This document shows, piece after piece, positions 57,190-64,000 of a stretch of 64,000 nt of DNA (positions are counted from its first letter, which is position 1; the number at the start of each line of letters is the position of its first letter). The stretch lies in the NCBI GenBank assembly GCA_036170915.1, contig JAVHQC010000035.1, positions 264,234 through 328,233 on the forward strand. Reading direction: 5' to 3'. A model generated the notes under the pieces. That model was not told where the DNA came from. It was given only the letters and a program-made list of their open reading frames with translations, and ran no database searches. Source of the stretch: Cyanobacteria bacterium auto_48_18. GTDB taxonomy: Bacteria > Cyanobacteriota > Vampirovibrionia > Obscuribacterales > Obscuribacteraceae. A program made the translations under genes and the position numbers.

Positions 57190-59124
57190 TTAATCCAACC
57201 CTTCACCGATCTCCAGTGGCTGAGTTGGAGTTCTTTCTTCTTTTTCAATCTCTATTTTCACTTCGCCTGAAATTTTGTTGCCCGCCTGACCCAGTTCAAT
57301 GGGTAGCTCATCGGCATAAGTCTGTTTTTTCTTCCCATTACCAGCACCAGCAGATTTATCTTCGCGCCTTGGCTGTGCCTGACGGTTGCCTGAGTGAATT
57401 ACTCGGCCTAAATCTAGCAATGAAACGTCTAAGCCCGCCACCAGCTGCTTTAAGTCAGGTGAGTCTTCTTCCGCCAATGCTTCTTTGACTGCTTCCACAG
57501 CCTTCATCACTTTTTCCACATGTACTTTGTCGACCCTGTCGCCATATTTAGTGACGGTGCGCTCAGCTTCGGCACACATAGACTCAGCATGCACCCTGGT
57601 AGTGATTCTATCGCGCACTTGCTTATCTTGCTCGGCAAACTTCTCAGCTTCACTTTGCAGATTCTCTACTTCTTCAGGGCTGAGACCGGTTGTGCGTTGA
57701 ATGGTGACCGAATGTTTAATGCCCGAGCCATGGTCTCTGGCCGAGCAGTGCACGATGCCGTCAGCGTCGATGTCAAATGTAACTTCAATTTTAGGCACTC
57801 CCCGTGGTGCCCCAGGAATGCCAGCTAGGTGAAACTTAGCCAGTGATTTGTTGTCTGATGCCAGCTCGCGCTCGCCCTGCAAGGCGTGCACTTCAACCGA
57901 TGTTTGCGCATCTTCTGTGGTTGTAAAAGTCATTGTACGACTGGTAGGAATAGTAGTGTTGCGCTCGATGATTCTGGTGAACAAGCCGCCCGCCGTCTCA
58001 ATTCCAAGCGAGAGGGGAATAACATCAAGCAAAAGCACATCTTGCAGATCGCCTGCCAAAATCGAAGCCTGAATAGCCGCACCCAGTGCCACTGCTTCAT
58101 CAGGATTAACCGACTTAGATGGTTCTTTCTGGAAAAAGCGACGAATCATGTCTTGCACAGCTGGAATGCGAGTGGAACCGCCTACCAGAATAATGTGCTC
58201 GATATCTTGCGGGTTGAGCCCTGAATCTTCCAGAGCCTGTTGCAGTGGGCCGATTGTAGCTTCGACCAGATGAGAGGTAATTTCGTTAAATTGCGAACGG
58301 GATATTTTTGTCTCTAGATGCTTAGGACCACTCTGGTCTGCAGTTAAAAAGGGCAAATGCACTTCTGAAACCAGGGCCGAAGAAAGTTCGATTTTAGTTT
58401 TCTCGGCAGTTTCTTTAAGCCGCTGCACCGCCATCAAATCGCCGGCGATATCAAGGCCGCTTTGGGCCTTAAACTCTTGCACGAGAAAATCGATAATCGC
58501 CTGGTCAAAGTCGTCACCGCCTAGGCGGTTGTTGCCGCTCGTTGCTTGCACTTCGAAAACACCATCGGTTATTTCGAGAATGCTGACATCAAAAGTGCCA
58601 CCACCAAGATCAAATACCAGCACTACAGCTTGCTCGCCAAGCTTGTTTAAACCATAAGCCAGGGCACTGGCGGTTGGTTCGTTGATGATGCGCATTACTT
58701 CCAGACCGGCAATCTGACCGGCATCACGAGTAGCCTGTCTTTGCGCGTCGTTGAAATAAGCAGGCACGGTAATTACCGCGCGAGTGACTTTTTCGCCCAG
58801 ATAAGCTTCAGCATCGGTTTTGATTTTCTGCAAAACCATGGCCGAAATTTGTTCAGGGCTATGCGAAACAGACTCAAATTGCACTCTGTAGTTGCTGCCC
58901 ATCTCGCGCTTAATTGATTGCACAGTGCGGGCAGGATTAGTCACAGCTTGACGCTTAGCCAACTGGCCAACGAGCCGCTCTCCGCCTTTGGTAAATGCCA
59001 CTACTGACGGTGTAGTGCGAGCACCTTCTGAATTCTCGATAATGACCGGCTTCCCGCCTTCCATGATCGCCACACAAGAATAGGTGGTGCCAAGGTCAAT
59101 ACCAATTATTTTGTCTTCACTCAT
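57190..59124 (-). CDS. dnaK: Molecular chaperone DnaK (Hsp70)
   Basis: [35 protein letters not shown] and DVLLLDV linker. Confidence 0.96.
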   Translation of the reverse strand: MSEDKIIGIDLGTTYSCVAIMEGGKPVIIENSEGARTTPSVVAFTKGGERLVGQLAKRQAVTNPARTVQSIKREMGSNYRVQFESVSHSPEQISAMVLQKIKTDAEAYLGEKVTRAVITVPAYFNDAQRQATRDAGQIAGLEVMRIINEPTASALAYGLNKLGEQAVVLVFDLGGGTFDVSILEITDGVFEVQATSGNNRLGGDDFDQAIIDFLVQEFKAQSGLDIAGDLMAVQRLKETAEKTKIELSSALVSEVHLPFLTADQSGPKHLETKISRSQFNEITSHLVEATIGPLQQALEDSGLNPQDIEHIILVGGSTRIPAVQDMIRRFFQKEPSKSVNPDEAVALGAAIQASILAGDLQDVLLLDVIPLSLGIETAGGLFTRIIERNTTIPTSRTMTFTTTEDAQTSVEVHALQGERELASDNKSLAKFHLAGIPGAPRGVPKIEVTFDIDADGIVHCSARDHGSGIKHSVTIQRTTGLSPEEVENLQSEAEKFAEQDKQVRDRITTRVHAESMCAEAERTVTKYGDRVDKVHVEKVMKAVEAVKEALAEEDSPDLKQLVAGLDVSLLDLGRVIHSGNRQAQPRREDKSAGAGNGKKKQTYADELPIELGQAGNKISGEVKIEIEKEERTPTQPLEIGEGLD

Positions 59125-59159
59125 CTCAGTCCAGAATCCAATATTGCCATTGGACTTGA

Positions 59160-60179
59160 TTACTCAACGTCAGTCAAATCGTAGACTTTAGGCTCAGATT
59201 CTTTTTCAGAATTCTCACCTTCTCCATTTTGTCCTGCGCTATTTGCCAGTGCTTGATCATTTGCTGTAATAGATGCTTCTACAGCGGCCTTAACTTCTTC
59301 AAAAGGAATGTCTTGAGTAGATCTTTCATCGCTAATTGATTCAAGACTTTCAGAAGTTTCAGTGCCCGCTCTCACCTCTCTGTCGTCGACGGCCGAGCCT
59401 GCGTCAGTGCTTGAAGTAGTTGAAGTATCACTACTTGAAGTATCGTCAAGGGCAGCAATGGCAGCAGCTTTGGCCGCTTTGTCGCGCTCATAAGCTTCTG
59501 CCGCTTCGCCGGACAAAGCCACGGCTACGTTGACCAGAGCCGGTCTCAAAACTTTCTCTCGGAACATATAGCCATTGCGCAACTGGTGCGCTACGGCACC
59601 ATCAGGCACATCATTGGTAGGTACTTCTTGAACCGGCTCGTGATACATGGGGTCAAAAGTTTCGCCCACTACCTGCATTTGCTTAATGCCTACCGACTCG
59701 AGGCAGCGACCAAATCTGGTGCAAACCATTTTTAAGCTGTCGAGCATCACTTTGGGCTCGGTCTTTTCATTCAACTTCGACTGCGCCATATCGAGATCGT
59801 CTAAAGCCGGCAAAATTGCTTCAAGAGCTTTTTGCATGCCCACGGCTTGAAACTCTTCCCGCTCGCGGTCAATGCGTTTGCGGTAGTTTTCAAAATCGGC
59901 CGCCAGCCTCTTATAAGAATTTTCCCATTCAGCGGCCTTGCCTTCCGCGTCGCGCAGAGCATTTTCAAGATTGTTGATAGCCAGCTGAGCGCCTTTGTCA
60001 TTTTGACCGGCAGGCTGTTTCGTGCCCAGATCAAGACCAAAGGTTTCAGGGTCAGGCGCATCGCCACCGGCATACATGGCACGGTAGAAGGCCTTCGCCT
60101 TGGACTGGCGATCTTCTTTTTCTTTGGGTGACTCTTCAGCAGGTGGAGGAGTCTGGGCGTCGTTATCGTCTATAGCCAT
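59160..60179 (-). CDS. grpE: Nucleotide exchange factor GrpE with long acidic C-terminal extension
   Basis: [19 protein letters not shown] and [14 protein letters not shown] motifs; start moved to MAIDDND. Confidence 0.92.
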   Translation of the reverse strand: MAIDDNDAQTPPPAEESPKEKEDRQSKAKAFYRAMYAGGDAPDPETFGLDLGTKQPAGQNDKGAQLAINNLENALRDAEGKAAEWENSYKRLAADFENYRKRIDREREEFQAVGMQKALEAILPALDDLDMAQSKLNEKTEPKVMLDSLKMVCTRFGRCLESVGIKQMQVVGETFDPMYHEPVQEVPTNDVPDGAVAHQLRNGYMFREKVLRPALVNVAVALSGEAAEAYERDKAAKAAAIAALDDTSSSDTSTTSSTDAGSAVDDREVRAGTETSESLESISDERSTQDIPFEEVKAAVEASITANDQALANSAGQNGEGENSEKESEPKVYDLTDVE

Positions 60180-60443
60180 GTTGACTGAAAGGTCTCCAAC
60201 AAATCCTGGCAACTGCCAGGGGGTACTTTCCCTAGGTCTAATTTTAAACAGTTTGAGCCAAAGCAGGGCCAATTAACCAAAGGTTCAACTTTATCAATGA
60301 GCAAATTGACACAATAAAGTAGCCCACTTGCTCACCTCGTGCCGATTTAGCCAGAAATTTCGTCTACACCACCAGCAGAAATTTCCCTTTATAATTCTAA
60401 AGCCTTTGGCAAGTATTAAAGCTAAATAGACGGTCGTTAAATC

Positions 60444-61535
60444 ATGTACATCGAAGAAACCGCGCGATTGGCCCTCTACGCTCCCGGAGAATTTGGCCAG
60501 GGGAGTTCTAAAACCGCCGAGGGCGTGCTCCGCTACGGCAAAAATCCAATTGCCTGCGTAATTGATGAAAAGCAAAAGGGACGCACAATCAAGAGTGTGG
60601 TGGGAATTGACGTGGACGCGCCAATTGTCGCCACAATTGACGAAGCCCTTGCTCTGGGGGCAGACGCGCTACTTTTGGGCACGGCCTGGAATGGCGGCCG
60701 CATGCCAGACCGCTGGCGCGCTGACATTGTTGCTGCTATCGAAGGCGGCATGGACGTCATAAACGGGCTTCATGACTTCCTCGAAGACGATGCCAATATT
60801 GTGGCTGCGGCCCGTGCTCATGGCAAGCGCCTATTTGACGTACGCAAATCGCCAGAAAACTTGCCTGTTGCGGCCGCACGGGTGCTCGATGCAGATGTCA
60901 GAAAAACTCACGTAATTCTGACAGTGGGTTCAGATTGTTCTGTAGGCAAAATGACAACAGCATTGGAAATCCAAAAAGTGGCCGATGCCCAGGGAGCTCG
61001 CACGGCATTTGTAGCCACTGGCCAAACCGGAATCATGATTTGCGGCCGCGGCATCGCTATAGATAGAGTGATAGGAGACTTTATGGCTGGAGCCACAGAG
61101 ATGATGGTGGTGGAAGCGGCTAAAGACGCAGACTATGTTTTTGTAGAAGGCCAGGGCTCTCTAGCTCATCCAGGATTTTCGGGTGTGACTCTGGCTCTTG
61201 TGCACGGCTCCTGTCCCCAGGGCATGATTCTCTGCCATAAACCCTCGCGCACTAAAATCAAAAATACAGAAATCGAAATTGCTGATTTAAATAAACTGAT
61301 TGCCACATACGAAGCAATGACAACATATCTGCGCCCCGGTAAAGTGTTGGCTGTAGCACTTAACACCAGCGATCTGACGGAAGACGAAGCACAATCAGCT
61401 ATCAGTCAAGTGCAAAAACACACCGGCTTGCCAACTTGCGATCCGGTCAGATTCTCGGCCAAAATTCTCTGGCAAACCATTGAAGAAAGTTCAAAATTAC
61501 TCACGACAAGGAGCATCAGTGAAAACCGCCGCTAA
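60444..61535 (+). CDS. DUF1611-family protein (DgcN-like N-acetyltransferase)
   Basis: SKTAEG, NGLH, VGSDCSVGKMT, ATGQTG, DFMAGATE and VEGQGSL motifs. Confidence 0.85.
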   Translation: MYIEETARLALYAPGEFGQGSSKTAEGVLRYGKNPIACVIDEKQKGRTIKSVVGIDVDAPIVATIDEALALGADALLLGTAWNGGRMPDRWRADIVAAIEGGMDVINGLHDFLEDDANIVAAARAHGKRLFDVRKSPENLPVAAARVLDADVRKTHVILTVGSDCSVGKMTTALEIQKVADAQGARTAFVATGQTGIMICGRGIAIDRVIGDFMAGATEMMVVEAAKDADYVFVEGQGSLAHPGFSGVTLALVHGSCPQGMILCHKPSRTKIKNTEIEIADLNKLIATYEAMTTYLRPGKVLAVALNTSDLTEDEAQSAISQVQKHTGLPTCDPVRFSAKILWQTIEESSKLLTTRSISENRR

Positions 61536-62586
61536 TACAAAGTCTATTGCAATCAGCTTTGAAAGGTTGACTCTTACTCTGGCCTATCCATTTGGCATCT
61601 CTTACGGCACAGCCGACGAGTCGCACAATATTCTTGTCAAACTTAATTATGAAGGTCATGAAGGATTAGGTGAAGCTTCTCCCGCCAGCTATCACAACGA
61701 GACACCAGATACGGTGCTGGCGGTCTTAGAAGAAATTGCCTCAAAGCAAGTTGAAATTTTAGGCGATGATCCTTTTGCCGCGACAGAAGTGGCCAGGCGC
61801 ATGGATCTTATGGTCTCAGGCAACTACGCTGCTAAATCAGCAATTGAAATGGCCATGCACGATTTAGCAGGAAAGATTTGTCAGCAACCAACATATAAAA
61901 TGCTCGGACTTTCCGGCCACAAATATCCCATGACAGATTTTACTATCGGCATTGACTCACCAGAGATGATCGAGCGTAAGACAAAAGAGGCTGTAGAAGC
62001 CGGTTACAAGATGCTCAAGGTCAAACAGGGCACGTCATACGATCGCGAAATTATCAAATGTGTGCGCAAGCATGCTCCAAATTTACCGTTGCGAGTTGAT
62101 GCCAATGGTGGCTGGAATGTCAAACAAGCAATCGAAATGTCTAAGTTTTTGGCCGAACACGGTGTCGAATTTATCGAGCAGCCATTGCCCAAAAACGCTC
62201 TGGTAGAAGACTTTCGACTGGTGCGGCAGAACGCCGCCATACCAATATTTGCCGATGAGAGTGTTTGCCGCAGTGTAGACGTTGCCAGGTTGGCCGGTGC
62301 GGTGGACGGTGTGGTGGTAAAGCTGGCAAAATGTGGTGGACTCTCAGAAGCCATTCGCGTTATTGCCGCAGCCAGGGCTCATGGCATGCAGGTGATGTTC
62401 GGTATGATGATTGAATCATCAATCGGAGTTACAGCTGCAGCACAACTTTCGAGTCTATGCGATTATCTCGATCTTGATGGTGCCTTACTGCTTAAAGACG
62501 ACCCATATGAAGGTGCCGAATATGATGACGGTTATATGAGATTGCCTGAGCGCCCTGGTCTTGGCGTACAGTTGCGCAAAAAGTAA
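61519..62586 (+). CDS. Enolase-superfamily dipeptide epimerase (L-Ala-D/L-Glu epimerase / DgcA-like racemase)
   Basis: KVK, VDANGGW, EQP, ADES, KLAKCGG and DLDG motifs; AAGGAG RBS before GTG. Confidence 0.88.
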   Translation: MKTAANTKSIAISFERLTLTLAYPFGISYGTADESHNILVKLNYEGHEGLGEASPASYHNETPDTVLAVLEEIASKQVEILGDDPFAATEVARRMDLMVSGNYAAKSAIEMAMHDLAGKICQQPTYKMLGLSGHKYPMTDFTIGIDSPEMIERKTKEAVEAGYKMLKVKQGTSYDREIIKCVRKHAPNLPLRVDANGGWNVKQAIEMSKFLAEHGVEFIEQPLPKNALVEDFRLVRQNAAIPIFADESVCRSVDVARLAGAVDGVVVKLAKCGGLSEAIRVIAAARAHGMQVMFGMMIESSIGVTAAAQLSSLCDYLDLDGALLLKDDPYEGAEYDDGYMRLPERPGLGVQLRKK

Positions 62587-62602
62587 GACCAGAAACAACT
62601 AA

Positions 62603-63523
62603 TTAGCCCCACTTACTCAAGCGTTCTTGAATGCGCTCGATAGTAGTGGGCGAATAAAGAGTGAACACTTTCAGTTTGTTGTCCGGTACCAGCGTTTTCA
62701 TTTTAGTTTCGCTGAGGCTATCGCAAACAAATAGATTGGCGTGTTTGACTATGTATTTAAGCTCTTGATCATCGTCTCTATCGATGGTGCGAATGGCAAT
62801 GTCTTCGCCTCGCATGGCCGCCACCAGATTTGATGCCATGTGCAATAGTGTAGGTGAAACCGAGACAAAAACGACCAGGCTATTTTTCGGCAGATTCGCC
62901 ACCGCCTCCATCTCTAAGCGCGCTGGCTCAATATTACAAGCCACAAGCCTGGTCAAGTCGCTGACGTGTTTTTGAAAAGTAAACAGATGGTAGAGACTGG
63001 TCACCACCAGTGACTCTTTCATTTGATCAAGGTCAGCAGATAACTCGGTGGGCGTAATTGTCTCAATTGGTATGGCAAAATGTGGTGCCAGCTCACCCAC
63101 AATGACTTTATGAAAATCTTTATTGGCGTCGACGGCTAAAATGCGACGCACCGATTTGCGCTTTTTAAGAGTCTCAAAGCAGCTTTCCACCTGTTTAGTG
63201 GAATAACCGCGCTCGGCTGCCCGGGCAACAAATTCGCTAAACATTTCATCAAGATTGAGGGCCGCATCGCTCTCGGTTTTACGCCCGCTGGAAGCCACTC
63301 GCACACCACTACCCTGGCGCACTTCTAGAAGACCAACATCAGCCATGTGATTGTAAGCCGCGGTAATAGTGCTGTAATGCACGCCCAGACGCTCAGCTAG
63401 AGCACGAATACTGGGAAGCTTTTCATGGGCGGCAAGCGATCCAGAGGCAATTTGCAGGCCCAGTTGTTCAATCAACTGATCGCGAATAGGAACGGCGCTT
63501 TCTTTGTTGATACTGATTTTCAA
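62603..63523 (-). CDS. GntR-family regulator, PlmA-like architecture
   Basis: KLPSIRALAERLGVHYST wHTH; C-terminal domain with VVTSLYH, VSVSPTLL and MRGED resembling cyanobacterial PlmA. Confidence 0.75.
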   Translation of the reverse strand: MKISINKESAVPIRDQLIEQLGLQIASGSLAAHEKLPSIRALAERLGVHYSTITAAYNHMADVGLLEVRQGSGVRVASSGRKTESDAALNLDEMFSEFVARAAERGYSTKQVESCFETLKKRKSVRRILAVDANKDFHKVIVGELAPHFAIPIETITPTELSADLDQMKESLVVTSLYHLFTFQKHVSDLTRLVACNIEPARLEMEAVANLPKNSLVVFVSVSPTLLHMASNLVAAMRGEDIAIRTIDRDDDQELKYIVKHANLFVCDSLSETKMKTLVPDNKLKVFTLYSPTTIERIQERLSKWG

Positions 63524-63549
63524 GTGGTTGCCGCCATCTATTTAGGGTT

Positions 63550-63999
63550 TTATGGCCCTAGTCCAGAACCGGTTAGGGGCCGAACTTGTTCAAAGAAGAT
63601 TATAAGCGAGGGAGCAAGAACCAGTACCATTAAAGTGGGCATAATGCAGAACCAGAGCGGAAATGCCATGAGCACAGGCAGCCTGGCGGCCTTTTCCTCA
63701 GCCTTTTGGCTCAATTTATTTCGCAAAAAATCAGCCTGATTGCGCAGCACTTTGGAAATACTGATGCCAAGTTGAGCACTTTGGTTAAGCGACGCAGAAA
63801 GCGAACGCAATTCATCAACACCAGTGCGGTTATACAGTTCCTGATAAGCTTTCTCGCGATTCATTCCGAGAAGCACATCTCGACTTAAAGTTAGAAGTTC
63901 ATCGTTAATCACAGACGATACCGAAGTGCGCTCCGCAGCTACTCTTTGAATAGTGGCATCAAGCCCAAGCCCAGCATCAACGCACAAAACCATCAAGTC
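63550..63999 (-). CDS. tadC: Type II secretion system F-family / TadC protein (5' truncated by the window edge)
   Basis: DLMVLCVDAGLGLD, LGISISKVLRNQA and AEEKAARLPVLMAFPL motifs. Confidence 0.85.
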   Translation of the reverse strand, partial: DLMVLCVDAGLGLDATIQRVAAERTSVSSVINDELLTLSRDVLLGMNREKAYQELYNRTGVDELRSLSASLNQSAQLGISISKVLRNQADFLRNKLSQKAEEKAARLPVLMAFPLWFCIMPTLMVLVLAPSLIIFFEQVRPLTGSGLGP

Positions 64000-64000
64000 G

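Noticed and set aside
60180..60443. CIRCE/HrcA operator upstream of grpE
   Set aside because: TTAGCACTC-N9-GAGTGCTAA not found

Overview
A gene-dense bacterial chromosomal window. Several cyanobacteria-like markers (lysA-cdaA adjacency, LmeA/DUF2993, a PlmA-like GntR, cyanobacterial-style RpoB N-terminus), no photosynthesis genes in the window and many TPR/Tad proteins suggest a non-photosynthetic cyanobacterial relative such as Melainabacteria/Vampirovibrionia; this is inference only. Housekeeping genes: pdxT-pdxS with a MocR/PdxR regulator, serS, yraN, lysA-cdaA, pyrF, rpmE, folC, acsA, dnaB, grpE-dnaK-dnaJ. Accessory genes: a GH5 endoglucanase, a two-component + TolC/MFP/RND efflux operon, dispersed Tad pseudopilins, a DUF1611/enolase-family pair and a partial tadC. 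Main find: a divergent, orphan RNA polymerase beta (RpoB) homolog at 24938-28771 with no rpoC next to it. Its start overlaps the stop of an exported TPR protein gene, and it is followed by a VirB2/TrbC pilin-like protein, an exported protein and a degenerate replication-relaxation-like protein. It keeps the core catalytic motifs but has a remodelled rifampicin pocket, His1237->Gln (E. coli numbering), loss of several nucleic-acid contacts and a ~220-aa acidic tail. Second find: a 68-bp intergenic element present twice (7-74, and inverted at 54258-54325), with four TACAAC/GTTGTA half-sites at 12-bp period, conserved half-sites and variable spacers. No rRNA, tRNA, CRISPR array or transposase was recognised. 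All family assignments and residue equivalences were made by eye, without database searches.
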